Shown: positions 53,498 to 63,386 of the stretch, piece after piece | Layout: each line of letters opens with the position of its first letter | Numbering within the stretch: the first letter of the stretch is position 1 | Made by a program: the position numbers and the translations under genes | Assembly (NCBI GenBank): GCA_963776925.1 | Contig: CAVZON010000007.1 | Location: 141,158-205,157, forward strand | Direction: 5' to 3' | Length of the DNA stretch: 64,000 nt | Source: an uncultured Chloroflexia bacterium | GTDB taxonomy: Bacteria; Chloroflexota; Limnocylindria; Limnocylindrales; CSP1-4 | Notes under the pieces: generated by a model | The model's database searches: none | What the model was told of the DNA's origin: nothing | Seen by the model: the letters and a program-made list of their open reading frames with translations, nothing else

Positions 53498-54398
53498 TCG
53501 ACCACTCCGACATCGACGGCGTCCTGCAGCACTGGTTCGACGACGGCCCGTCGACGATGCCTGACCGCGTGGTCGATGTCGTGGCGGACCGGATCAGCCG
53601 CGAGCGGCAGCGGCCCGCACGGCGCCTCCCTTGGAGGCCTTTCGAATGAACTCGACGATCAAGATCGGTGCCGCCGTCGCCGCGGTCCTCGTCCTCGCCA
53701 TCGCGGGCTGGAACCTCCTGCCTGGCCAGACCGCCGGCATCGGGGGGTCGACGACATCCCCATCGCCATCGCAGTCACCATCGATCAGTCCATCCGCGGT
53801 GCCGGACGCCGACGATCCGTCGGGATGGGCGGGCGCGGGCGCCCTCCCCGCCGGCACCCACACCTCGCAACGCTTCGTCCCGGCCGTCACCTTCACCGTC
53901 CCGGCAGGCTGGAGCAACGGTTCGGACGGGGAGGTGGCCGGCTACGACCTGTTCGCGGACTCCTCGTCGATCATCGTCGTGTCCGCGACGGACGGCTGGG
54001 CCGATGGCTGGGGCATCTGCGCGGGGACGTATCGCCCGGGAGTCGCACTGACGGCAGCGGACATCACCGCAGCGCTGCGGGCGAGTGAGCACCTCGTGAC
54101 GACCGAACCGGTGCCGGTGACCATCGGTGGCCTGGAGGGCCAACGCCTCGACGTCCGCCTGAGTCCAAGCGGGAGCGGCATCTGCGAGCCCGCCGCGGAT
54201 GATCCGCCGGACCTGGACTTCTCGGACGTCCGGCTTCGGCTCATCGTGCTCGATCACCCCGACGGGAGCGACGTCGTGCCCGTCCTGGTCCAGTCCGCTC
54301 ACGCGGACGAGTTCGACGACTTCGTCGCGGATGCGATGCCGATCGTCGAAACCTTCGAGTTCGACCTCGAAGTGGCCGAGTCGCCAAGTCCGTCCTGA
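53494..54398 (+). CDS. sigma-partner single-pass membrane protein, cassette 2; 1 frame break near 53640
   Basis: MIDHSDIDGVLQHWFDDGPSTMPDRVVDVVADRISRE. TM: IKIGAAVAAVLVLAIAGWNLL. Ser/Pro linker. Extracytoplasmic domain: PAGTHTSQRFVPAVTFTVPAGWSN...VTIGGLEGQRLDV...DAMPIVETFEFD. Confidence 0.7.
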
Positions 54399-54517
54399 CG
54401 GTCATCCAGCTCCCCGCGCCGCTCCACACTTCGCCTGCTCCGGTCGAAGACTGAACGCTCGACGCACCAGCAGGACCATTGCTCCCGACGACGCGCCAGA
54501 CTGGCGCCCAAGGAGCA

Positions 54518-55075
54518 ATGCGGATGGATCGCGACCTCGTTGCAGCGGCTCGACACGGCGACCAGGCAGCCTTCATGGACCTGGTTCGTTCGCGCTCGGG
54601 CTGGCTGTTCGGGATCGCGCTGAACATCCTCCGCGACATCGATCGGGCCGAGGACGCCCTCCAGGATGCGCTGGTGATCGCCTGGCGTGACCTGCGTGGG
54701 CTCCGCGATCCGGACCGATTCGATCCGTGGCTCCGCCGACTGCTCGTCAACGTATGCATCCGCGAGGCGACGCGCGAGCGTCGCCGCGCGGTGAACCTGC
54801 GGGCCCTGCCGGTCGACGGACCGGCCGCACCCGACGACCTGCTTTCCTTCGCCGACCGGGACCAGCTCGAGCGTGGGTTTCGCCGGCTGCCGCCCGACCA
54901 ACGGGCCATCCTCGTGCTCCATCACTACCTGGGCTACGCCCCAAGCGAGATCGCCGAGACCCTCGGCATCCCGCCGGGGACGGCCCGCTCCCGACTCTTC
55001 AACGCCCATCGCGCCATGCGGGCCGCACTCGAAGCGGATGCCCGAATGACCGTTGTCGGAGGACGTTCGGCATGA
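54518..55075 (+). CDS. ECF-type sigma factor (cassette 3)
   Basis: Intact. MRMDRDLVAAARHGDQAAFMDLVRSRSGWLFGIALNILRDIDRAEDALQDALVIAWRDLRGLRDPDRFDPWLRRLL; FRRLPPDQRAILVLHHYLGYAPSEIAETLGIPPGTARSRLFNA. Confidence 0.9.
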   Translation: MRMDRDLVAAARHGDQAAFMDLVRSRSGWLFGIALNILRDIDRAEDALQDALVIAWRDLRGLRDPDRFDPWLRRLLVNVCIREATRERRRAVNLRALPVDGPAAPDDLLSFADRDQLERGFRRLPPDQRAILVLHHYLGYAPSEIAETLGIPPGTARSRLFNAHRAMRAALEADARMTVVGGRSA

Positions 55076-55994
55076 CCAGTGATCGCGACATCGAACCGAT
55101 CCTCGATCGCTGGCTCACCGAGCGGCCGACGCAGGTCGCCGATCGCGTCCTCGATGAGGTCGCCGACCGGATCGCGCGTCAGCCACAGCAGCTCGCGTGG
55201 CGTGCCACCCGGAGGGATATCCACGTGACCACGTATCTCAAGCCATTGCTGGCAGTCGCGGCCGTCATCGTCATCGCGGTCGCCGGCCTTGCCGTCCTGC
55301 AGCCCCAAGCAGGCTCGAACGTCGGGGGACCTGCCTCGCCGGCCCCGTCGTCATCGCCGTCGTCATCGCCGGCCGCATCCGCGTCACCATCGGCGAGCGC
55401 CGTGTTCCCGACATGGTTCCCGCCGACCGCCGATGGGGCCGGGATCCTCCCCGCAGGCAGCCATACGGACCGATGCCTTCATGCCCGCCTTCGCGTTCGC
55501 CGTCCCGGAGGGTTGGGTCAACAGCAGCGACGAAGCTGGCTACTACGGCCTGTTCCCGGATACGCCGGCCAACGCGGCCCAACACGCTGCCTCCGAGAGC
55601 CTCGCCCACGAGATCTTCCTGGGGCTGCATGGCGAGCCCGCAGTTCGTCTGCGACGAGTGGGAGGACAACAGCGGGGCGAGTGCGGCCGAGATCGTGGCC
55701 GCAGCGGTGGCTAATGACGCCATTGCGACGTCCGTGCCGGTCGACGTGACGATCGGCGGCTTGACCGGCAAGCAGATCGACACCCAGCTCGATCCCGCCT
55801 GGACGGAGAGCTGCCCGGGCGACCCGCCGACGCTGGACATCGGGGACATGCGGGCTCGAACGATCCTCCTCGACACTGCGGATGGCGGTGTCCTGGTGAT
55901 CTTCATCGGATCGTTGCACTCGGACGGCCACGAGGCCTTCCTGGCCGAGGCGATGCCGATCGTCGAGAGCTTCCAGTTCGACCCGACCCCCTGA
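55072..55994 (+). CDS. sigma-partner single-pass membrane protein, cassette 3; about 2-3 frame breaks
   Basis: ATGA overlap with the sigma stop. MTSDRDIEPILDRWLTERPTQVADRVLDEVADRIARQ. TM: LLAVAAVIVIAVAGLAVL. PAGSHT..FMPAFAFAVPEGWVN...VTIGGLTGKQIDT...EAMPIVESFQFD. Confidence 0.7.
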
Positions 55995-56017
55995 TCGGGA
56001 CCGGATCCTGAGACCAC

Positions 56018-56050
56018 AGCGCGGGAGCCTCGACTAGAGGTTCCCGCGCT
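56018..56050. terminator. stem-loop between convergent partner-3 and hppD genes
   Basis: AGCGCGGGAGCC-(9 nt)-GGTTCCCGCGCT: 12-bp stem with 1 mismatch, followed on the + strand by TCTCCTGTTC. It overlaps the hppD stop. Confidence 0.5.
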
Positions 56051-57203
56051 TCTCCTGTTCGCGCTCGATGGCCTCGAACAGCGCCTTGAAGTTGCCGACC
56101 CCGAAGCCGCGAGAACCGTGGCGCTCGATGATCTCGAAGAAGAAGGTGGGGCGGTCCTGGACGGGGCGGGTGAAGATCTGGAGGAGATAGCCCTCCTCGT
56201 CCCGGTCCGCCTCGATGCCCAGCTCCTCGAGCGTGTCCATCGGCACACCGACATCGCCGACGCGGTCGGCCAGCGTCGCGTAGTACTCGTGCGGCAGGCC
56301 CAGGAACTCGACCCCGTTGTCGCGCAGCCGGCGGACCGTGCCCACGATGTCGTCGGTGCGCAGCGCGATGTGCTGGCAGCCCGGTGAGCGGTACCAGTCG
56401 AGGTACTCCTGGATCTGGCTCTTCTTCTTGCCGGTCGCCGGTTCGTTGATGGGGAACTTGATGCGGCCGTTGCCGTTGGTCATGACCTTCGACATCAGGG
56501 CGCTGTAGTCGGTGTGGATGACCTTGTCGTCGTAGTGGATGAGCTGGGCGAAGCCGAGGACGTCGCGGTAGAAGTCGACGAACGCGTCCATCTCGCCAAG
56601 CGCGACGTTGCCCACGCAGTGGTCGACCTCGAGCAGCGACAGGCCGTCGGCGGCGCGCGGGGGGTCCTTCACGGCCCGATAGCCCGGGGCGAAGACGCCG
56701 TCGTAGGACGACCGGTCGACGAACGAGTGGAGCGTCTCCCCGTACGTCCGGATGCTGGCCCTGCGGAGGACGCCATCCTCGCCACCATCCAGCTCGGTCG
56801 GCTCCAGCGCCGAGACCGCGCCGCGGGTGGTCGTCTCGCGCCAGGCCGACTCGACGTCCTTCACCCGGAAGGCGATGTCGTGGACGCCGTCGCCGTGCGC
56901 CCGGACGTGCTCCGCGATCTCACCGTCCGGTGTCAGCGGCGCCGTGAACACGAACCGGATGTCGTGCTGGACCATGACGTAGCTGGCCCGGTCGCGGACC
57001 TTGGTCTCGAGTCCGCTGAAGGCGACCGGGGTGAAGCCCCACAGCGCCCGGTAGTACGCCGCGGCCTGGCGGGCGTTGCCCACCCAGAACTCGACGTGAT
57101 CGATGCCATCGAGCGGCAGGAAGTCGGCCGCCTTGGCGTAGGCGTCCGTGTCGACCCGGGCGCCGGCCTGGTTGGCGGCACCCCGGGACAGCGTCTCGGT
57201 CAT
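56034..57203 (-). CDS. hppD: 4-hydroxyphenylpyruvate dioxygenase
   Basis: Intact, 389 aa. IDHVEFWVGNARQAAAYY, HGDGVHDIAFRV, VDHCVGNV, KKSQIQEYLDWYRSPGCQHIALRTDDI, LLQIFTRPVQDRPTFFFEIIER. Confidence 0.92.
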   Translation of the reverse strand: MTETLSRGAANQAGARVDTDAYAKAADFLPLDGIDHVEFWVGNARQAAAYYRALWGFTPVAFSGLETKVRDRASYVMVQHDIRFVFTAPLTPDGEIAEHVRAHGDGVHDIAFRVKDVESAWRETTTRGAVSALEPTELDGGEDGVLRRASIRTYGETLHSFVDRSSYDGVFAPGYRAVKDPPRAADGLSLLEVDHCVGNVALGEMDAFVDFYRDVLGFAQLIHYDDKVIHTDYSALMSKVMTNGNGRIKFPINEPATGKKKSQIQEYLDWYRSPGCQHIALRTDDIVGTVRRLRDNGVEFLGLPHEYYATLADRVGDVGVPMDTLEELGIEADRDEEGYLLQIFTRPVQDRPTFFFEIIERHGSRGFGVGNFKALFEAIEREQEKRGNL

Positions 57204-57319
57204 GGCTCATCTCCGCTGTCGCGGTGGGCCCCGGACGCCGAGAGCCGCCTCGTGGGCGGCGCCGGCCCGAGGCGTTGGTCAGTGGCGCCATCGTACGCCG
57301 CGCATGCGACACTGGCGAT

Positions 57320-57829
57320 ATGGACGCACCCACCGTGTCGGACCGCCAGCGCCTGACCGCGCTGCGCCGCGCCTACCGCGACCTGGAGCCCCAGGTCATC
57401 GCCGGCGAGCCGTGGCCGCTGGCCGAGGCATTCGGGGTCGAGCCCGAGGCGTCGTGGGGCCCGCGTGAAGTGCTCGCCCACGTCGCCGAGATGCTGCCGT
57501 TCTGGCTCGGCGAGATGGATCGCATCGTGCTCGATGCTGGCGGCAAGCCGGTCCCATTCGGGCGCGGTCAGGACGACCCGATGCGCATCGGCCTCATCGA
57601 GCGTGAGCGGACGCTTCCGCTGCCGGTCCTGTTCGCCCGGGTCGATGGCAGCCTCCACGACTGGGAGCTGCGGCTGGCGACGCTGACCCCGACCGACCTC
57701 GAGCGCGTCGGGCGCCATCCGCTGCGCGGCGAGATGCGCGTCGCGGACATGCTCGAGCCGTTCTGCCTGGGGCACGCCGAGGGCCACGTCGAACAGCTCG
57801 AGACGATCCTGGCGGCGTCCGGGCGGTAG
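57320..57829 (+). CDS. DinB-fold (DinB_2 / MDMPI-N-like) putative metal-dependent protein
   Basis: WGPREVLAHVAEMLPFWLGEM and LEPFCLGHAEGHVEQL (His-containing helices typical of the DinB fold). Intact. Divergent from hppD. Confidence 0.65.
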   Translation: MDAPTVSDRQRLTALRRAYRDLEPQVIAGEPWPLAEAFGVEPEASWGPREVLAHVAEMLPFWLGEMDRIVLDAGGKPVPFGRGQDDPMRIGLIERERTLPLPVLFARVDGSLHDWELRLATLTPTDLERVGRHPLRGEMRVADMLEPFCLGHAEGHVEQLETILAASGR

Positions 57830-57840
57830 GGCCCGCCCCG

Positions 57841-58395
57841 ATGTTCATCCTCTACGCCATCCCGGTCGGCATCGTCGCGGGCTTCGTGCTCGGCGGACGA
57901 CTGGACCGGCTGGGGGACCTGCACCTGCGCTGGGCGTGGCTGGCGGTCGCCGGGCTCGTCGCCCAACTCCTGCTGTTCGCAGACCCGATCGCCACCTCGA
58001 TCGGCGATCTCGGCGCGCCGATCTACGTCCTGTCGACCGCGGCCGTGCTCGTCGCGGTGGTGCGCAACTGGCGCATCCCCGGGATGTGGCTGGTCGCCGT
58101 CGGCGCCGCGTCGAACCTGCTCGCGATCGTCGCCAACGGCGGGGTCATGCCGGCATCGCCCGAGGCGGTCAGCGCCCTCGATCCGGTCGGTGGCGAGGGC
58201 TTCTCGAACAGCGTCGTCGTCGTCGATCCGGCGCTCCGCCCGCTGACCGACATCTTCGCCCTGCCGGCATGGCTGCCGTTCGCCAACGTGTTCAGCATCG
58301 GGGACGTCCTGATCGGCGTGGGCATCGCCGTCGTCATCGCGCTGGCCATGCGCCGCGACGCTCGACCGGCAGAGCCGATGGTGACGACCGGCTAG
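57841..58395 (+). CDS. integral membrane protein (resembles the DUF5317 family)
   Basis: MFILYAIPVGIVAGFVLGGRLDRL, WAWLAVAGLVAQLLLF, NLLAIVANGGVMP, FSIGDVLIGVGIAVVIALA. Intact. Confidence 0.65.
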   Translation: MFILYAIPVGIVAGFVLGGRLDRLGDLHLRWAWLAVAGLVAQLLLFADPIATSIGDLGAPIYVLSTAAVLVAVVRNWRIPGMWLVAVGAASNLLAIVANGGVMPASPEAVSALDPVGGEGFSNSVVVVDPALRPLTDIFALPAWLPFANVFSIGDVLIGVGIAVVIALAMRRDARPAEPMVTTG

Positions 58396-58437
58396 CGACG
58401 AACGGTCGCCGATGCCAACGACTAGCATCCGAGCGAC

Positions 58438-58914
58438 ATGGACTTCCTCCCGGACATCGGCTCCAGCCTGCCGGAGGTCATCCTCCGGACCGCCGTCGTC
58501 TACCTCTTCCTCGTCGTCGTCCTGCGCATCTCCGGCAAGCGCGAGGTCGGGCAGCTGTCGGTCCTGGAGCTGGTCGTCATCCTCGTCATCTCGGACGCCG
58601 TCCAGAACTCGATGGTCGGCGAGAACACGACGCTGTGGGGCGGGCTGGTCGCGGTCCTCACCCTGCTCGGTCTGGACATCGCGCTCAAGTGGGCGGTCGG
58701 GCGGTCGCGTCGTCTGCGGGGTGTCGTGGAGGGCGAGCCGCGTCTGCTCGTCCGCGACGGCAAGCTCCTCGAGAAGGCGTTGCGCGAGGAAGGCGTCGAT
58801 GCCGAGGAGGTCCGCCGCGCGGTGCGCCGCCAGGGCCTCGCCCGGGTGGACGACGTGCGACTCGCGGTCCTCGAGACGGACGGCACGATCTCGGTCATCC
58901 CCAAGGAGGACTGA
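58438..58914 (+). CDS. DUF421 (YetF-like) membrane protein
   Basis: RTAVVYLFLVVVLRISGKREVGQLSVLELVVILVISDAVQNSM. C-terminal soluble part: EGVDAEEVRRAVRRQGLARVDDVRLAVLETDGTISV. Intact. Confidence 0.75.
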   Translation: MDFLPDIGSSLPEVILRTAVVYLFLVVVLRISGKREVGQLSVLELVVILVISDAVQNSMVGENTTLWGGLVAVLTLLGLDIALKWAVGRSRRLRGVVEGEPRLLVRDGKLLEKALREEGVDAEEVRRAVRRQGLARVDDVRLAVLETDGTISVIPKED

Positions 58915-58919
58915 CGCCC

Positions 58920-59342
58920 TTGCAGCGCATCGCCGTCCTCGGCGCGCTGCTCCTCGTCCTGCTCGGCTGCGCGGGCCCGGAGGCGACGCCGGTCATCCGT
59001 GACGTACGGATCGACGACGTGCCGTGGCGCCTCATCGAGGCCACGCCCGACGGCATGCGCGGCCAGCTCGGCTTCGGCGAGGCGGACGGGATGCTCTTCG
59101 ACATGGGCGGGGTGACGGACCCGAACGCGGTGGTGTTCGTCATGGACAACGTCGCCTTCCCGCTCGACATCGCCTGGTTCGACGCGGATGGGCGGCTGCT
59201 CGGCCTCGCGAGCATGCCTCGCTGCGGCGACCCGGTGTGTCCGCGGTTCCGCGCGCCCGGCCCGTTCCGCTGGGCCGTGGAGGCGCCGCACGGGGCGTTC
59301 GACCGGCTGGAGGATGACGCTCGACTCGAGATCCCCGACTGA
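58920..59342 (+). CDS. DUF192 family lipoprotein
   Basis: TTG start. Lipobox LLLVLLGC. GMLFDMGG...VVFVMDNVAFPLDIAWFDADGRLL. Confidence 0.65.
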   Translation: MQRIAVLGALLLVLLGCAGPEATPVIRDVRIDDVPWRLIEATPDGMRGQLGFGEADGMLFDMGGVTDPNAVVFVMDNVAFPLDIAWFDADGRLLGLASMPRCGDPVCPRFRAPGPFRWAVEAPHGAFDRLEDDARLEIPD

Positions 59343-59360
59343 ACGACGTCCGGGCCTGCG

Positions 59361-61338
59361 TCAGCCTTCGATCGGGACGTGCGTCCGCAGGAAGCCGAGG
59401 ATGCGCTCGAAGGCATCGCGCCGGTTCTCGCGCTTCTCCCACCCGTGGCCCTCGTCGTCGTACCAGTGGACCTCGTGGGTCTTGTCCTCGATCTCGAGCG
59501 CCTCGACCATGCGCTCGGTCATGAGCGGCACGACCCGCTTGTCCTTGCGGCCGTGGAGGATGAGCAGGGGCGCCTCGATCCGCTCCGCGCGGTAGACCGG
59601 GGAACCGCGTCGATACGAGGCGGTCCGCGCCGGATCTTCGGGCGTGCCCATCATCCGTTGCAGGTCCAGCCGGCCGACCCGGTCGCCGTGCCGGAAGCTC
59701 TCCGCGATCTCCGAATCGCCGTACAGGTCGATGCCGGCCGACCACATGGTCGGGCTCCTCGACGAGCGCGCAGAGCACGAGATAGCCGCCATACGACCCG
59801 CCGTAGATGGCCAGCCGGCCGTCCGACCACGGTTGCTCGCGGACCCACCGTCCGGCGTCGATCATGTCCTCGACGTCCGCGTGGCCCCATTCGTCGTGGT
59901 TGGCGTGGCGGAAGGCGCGTCCGTATCCGGTCGACCCACGGAAGTCGACGTCGAAGAAGGCATAGCCCTCGCGAGCGAGGAGCAGCCGGATCGGCGCGAA
60001 CACCCGATACGCCTGCCAGGTCGGACCGCCGTGCGGGAACACGATCGTCGGGACGCGTTTCCCGCCGCGCTTGCCGGTCGCGCCGGTCGGGCGCCACAGC
60101 GTGCCCTCGATGCGCAGTCCGTCGCGGGCGGTGAAGGCGACCCGTTCGCCGGTCGCGACCCGGCCGGGGGCGAGCGCCGCAGCGAGGACGGCCGGGCGCG
60201 AGTCGGTCACCTGGCGCGGCCGAGCGCCATCGGGCGCGACGTCGGGCACGGGCAGGAGCCACAGGTCCTGCGGTCGCGTCTCGCTCTCGCCGACGGCCGC
60301 GACCCACGCACCGTCGGGCAGCCAGCCGACCGCCCGCCAGACGCCCGGCCATGGCGAGATCGTGGCCGGTGGCGCCCCCGCCGCGACCACCGTGCGCGGC
60401 TGCTTGGGTGGCCGGCCGCGTCCGCGACGCGGGGGCTGCGCGGCCTCCAATGAGCGGACCACGAGGTCGACCAGCCCATCGTGGACCTCGATGTGTACGA
60501 CCCGGCTGGCGTCCGGCGAGGGCAGCGGAGCCAGCCCGTACTCGCCGGCAGGCTCGCCGTGCTCGCGCTCGCCATCGCTCAGGACGATGCGGTCGCGTCC
60601 GTCCGGCGTGCGGCGTACGACCTGGAACCAGCCCGAGGCATCCGACAGGTACAGCAGCGAGCCGTCCGAGGCCCAGCGCGGACCGGTGTCCAGGCTCGAC
60701 TCCCCGGCGATGACCTCCAGCCCACCACCGGCCGCGTCGACCAGGGCGATCTGGCGGTTCTCGAGGTCGTCCGGATGGATCTGCGCGGCGACGGCGAGGC
60801 GTTGTCCATCCGGCGCCCAGGCAAGGCTCAGCACGTCGGTCCCCGGCTCGGTCAGGGCGGTCGCCTCCGGGGGCCGTGGGTCCCGCTGCGGACGGCCACG
60901 GCGCGGGACCGGCGCGTCGATGACCCACACCTGGGACCAGCCACGGCGACGCGACAGGAAGGCGAGGCGGTGCCCATCGGGCGACCAGCGCGGCTCGCTG
61001 CCACGACCCGGCTTGGCGACGACGAGCGACTCGCGGGACCCGTCGACCTCGACGACCCAGATCTCCCCGTCGCGCACGAACGCGAGCCGACGGCCGTCGG
61101 GCGACCACTGCGGATCGCTGACCGACATCTCCGACGCGGTCAGCTGGGTCGGTGGCGTCCATCCGCCGCGCAGGGACATCGTGCACAGCTGCCGTGCCCC
61201 GGCGATCTCCGCGGTGAAGGCCATGATCCGATCGCGCGGATGGACGCGGAACTCGCGCGGGCTGTCGACCGAGGTGATCGACTCGATGGTCAGGCCGCCG
61301 CCGTGGCGCGCGGGGTCGGCACTCCGTCGATCGGTCAC
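59361..61338 (-). CDS. S9 prolyl-oligopeptidase-family serine peptidase with N-terminal beta-propeller; 1 frame break near 59770
   Basis: Propeller repeats: PQWSPDGRRLAFV, PRWSPDGHRLAFLS, LAWAPDGQRLAV, PRWASDGSLLYLSD. Hydrolase part: IVFPHGGPTWQ, FDVDFRGSTGYG, LAIYGGSYGGY (GxSxG), LILHGRKDKRV, YDDEGHGW. Confidence 0.85.
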
Positions 61339-61345
61339 CGCCGCA

Positions 61346-62410
61346 TCAGCCGGCGCGCTGGGCGACGCACCACGGGCCGAGCATGGCCAGGTGCTTGCGC
61401 GTGTGCCCGTGGAGGCAGTCGTACGCCCACGACCAGCCATCGGGCGAACGCAGCTCCTCGACGGACAGCGTGTCGATGGCGGCGAACAGGGCGACCCGCG
61501 CGGCGTCATACCGCGCCAACGCCTCGGCCGGACGCTCCCCGGCGGCACGGGCTGCTTCGACATGGCGCTCGTTCCACGGGTCGACGCCCTCGTCCGGGTC
61601 GGCCAGCCAATGCCCACGACGGTGGTAGACGTCGATGGCGGCGACGGCCTCCTCGGCCCAGTCGGCGAGGTGCCCGACGTGATCGCGCAGGGTCCACCCG
61701 GGCGTGACCGGCTCGGCATCCCAGGCGGCCGTCGGCAGGTCGCGGATGAGCGCATCGAACTGCGCCTCGACCACGTCGTCCTGGTCGCGGAAGCCCGCGT
61801 GGTCCGCGGCACGCGGATCGTCGAGGAACGGATCGCCCTCGACCTGGCGGGCACGCAGCTGGGCGGCCCACGGCTCGAGCACCGCGAGATGGTCCAGGTA
61901 GTGGCCGCCGAGGACCATGTGCACCCAGCCCCACGCGGCGTGCTCACGGACCCGCTCCGGGCCGAGCTCGCGGGCGAGCTCGAGCAGGCGCGGGCGGGCG
62001 TTCGCCCAGCGCGCCTCGATGGTCGCGGCCGGCATCGTCGTCCACGGCGCGCGCCGTCGCTCGTTGTAGCGGTCGAAGTCCCCGCCGTCGTAGTCGTCAT
62101 CGCTCGGCCAGGCGCCGGTGGCGAGGGCGACCCCGACGTAGTCGATGGCGAGCTCCTGCCAGTCGACGATGTGGCCGACATGCTCGGCCAGCGACCAGTC
62201 CGGCCCGCCGGCGTCGGACGGTGCGGCGCCGGGAAGATGCCAGGCGGCGTCATCGAGGCCGGCGAGCGTCACCTCGAGGCGGTCGTGGAGCGCGGCTTCG
62301 TCGGCCCACAGGTCACGGTCGGCCGCGTGGAGGTCGACCGAGCGGAGGTCCGCCAACGACGCCCGACGCAGGTCGATCGACGGTGCGGCCCGTGTCCCGG
62401 TCGCGGTCAT
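61346..62410 (-). CDS. tandem DinB-fold protein (two MDMPI-N/DinB-like halves)
   Basis: Intact, 354 aa. Internal duplication: WSLAEHVGHIVDWQELAIDY...YNERRRAPW versus WTLRDHVGHLADWAEEAVAAIDV...WNERHVEAA. Each half ends in an HxxxH-type helix (GGHYLDHL / HGHTRKHL). Confidence 0.65.
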   Translation of the reverse strand: MTATGTRAAPSIDLRRASLADLRSVDLHAADRDLWADEAALHDRLEVTLAGLDDAAWHLPGAAPSDAGGPDWSLAEHVGHIVDWQELAIDYVGVALATGAWPSDDDYDGGDFDRYNERRRAPWTTMPAATIEARWANARPRLLELARELGPERVREHAAWGWVHMVLGGHYLDHLAVLEPWAAQLRARQVEGDPFLDDPRAADHAGFRDQDDVVEAQFDALIRDLPTAAWDAEPVTPGWTLRDHVGHLADWAEEAVAAIDVYHRRGHWLADPDEGVDPWNERHVEAARAAGERPAEALARYDAARVALFAAIDTLSVEELRSPDGWSWAYDCLHGHTRKHLAMLGPWCVAQRAG

Positions 62411-63300
62411 CGGTCGGTCGGTCGGCGTTCGGGGGTGGGTGCGCCCGCCGAGGCGTCGACCCGGGCCTCCAGCTGATCACCCAGCTCCAGCGTCCGTCGG
62501 AAGGCCGCCCAGACGGCCTCGCTCATGACCGTCCGCAGCCGACCGCGCTCCAGCTCGTGCAGCGCGGCCGCGGACGTCCCGCCCGGCGAGGTCACCATGT
62601 TGCGCAGCTCGGCCGGGTGCATCCCGGACTGCTTGGCGAACAGGGTCGAGCCCTCGAGCGTCTCGATGACCAGGTCGTGGGCGATGTGGCGCGGGAAGCC
62701 GAGGTGGACCGCGGCGTCGATGAGCGCCTCCATCACCAGGAAGACGTAGGTCGGGCCGGTGCCGCTGACCGCGGTCGCCATCGCGACCATCTTCTCGTCG
62801 TCGACCTCCAGCTGGTGACCGAGCGCCCCGAGCAGGGCGGCCGCCTGCTGGCGCTGCTCGTCGGTCGTCGCGGGGGTGGCGTACCAGACGGTCATGCCCT
62901 TGCCCAGGCGCGCCGGCGTGTTGGGCATGCTGCGCACGACCTGGTCGTGCCCGAGCATCCCGATCAGGGCGGTGGTCGTCGCCCCGGCGAGCACGCTGAG
63001 GACGAGCTGGCCGCGACGCAGGTGCGGGCCGATCTCGCGCCCGACCTTGTCGAGCATCTGGGGCTTGATGCCGAGCAGGATGACGTCCGCGCCGCGGACG
63101 GCCTCGACGTTGTCGGCCACCGTCCGGATGCCGTACTCGCGCTCGAGCGCCTCGCGCCGCTCCGCCCGCGGGTGGCTGGCCACGACCTGGTCGGGCTGGA
63201 CGAGCTGCCCCTGCTGGCCGCGCAGCAGCCCGGCGATCATCGCCTCGGCCATGACACCGGAACCGACGGTGGCGATCGTGACGCTCGACAGGGGGGACAT
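62407..63300 (-). CDS. proC: pyrroline-5-carboxylate reductase
   Basis: IATVGSGVMAEAMIAGLL, ILLGIKPQML, VVRSMPNTPARLGKGMTVW, ATAVSGTGPTYVFLVMEAL, MVTSPGGTSAAAL. The stop overlaps the downstream ATG (ATGA). Confidence 0.88.
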   Translation of the reverse strand: MSPLSSVTIATVGSGVMAEAMIAGLLRGQQGQLVQPDQVVASHPRAERREALEREYGIRTVADNVEAVRGADVILLGIKPQMLDKVGREIGPHLRRGQLVLSVLAGATTTALIGMLGHDQVVRSMPNTPARLGKGMTVWYATPATTDEQRQQAAALLGALGHQLEVDDEKMVAMATAVSGTGPTYVFLVMEALIDAAVHLGFPRHIAHDLVIETLEGSTLFAKQSGMHPAELRNMVTSPGGTSAAALHELERGRLRTVMSEAVWAAFRRTLELGDQLEARVDASAGAPTPERRPTDR

Positions 63301-63386
63301 CGCGCGGAGTATAGCCATCGGTCCACCGCTGCCCGGTCGGGCGGCCCGGCCCGTGCGCCCACTGCCGGCGTGGCGTCGCGACCCGT

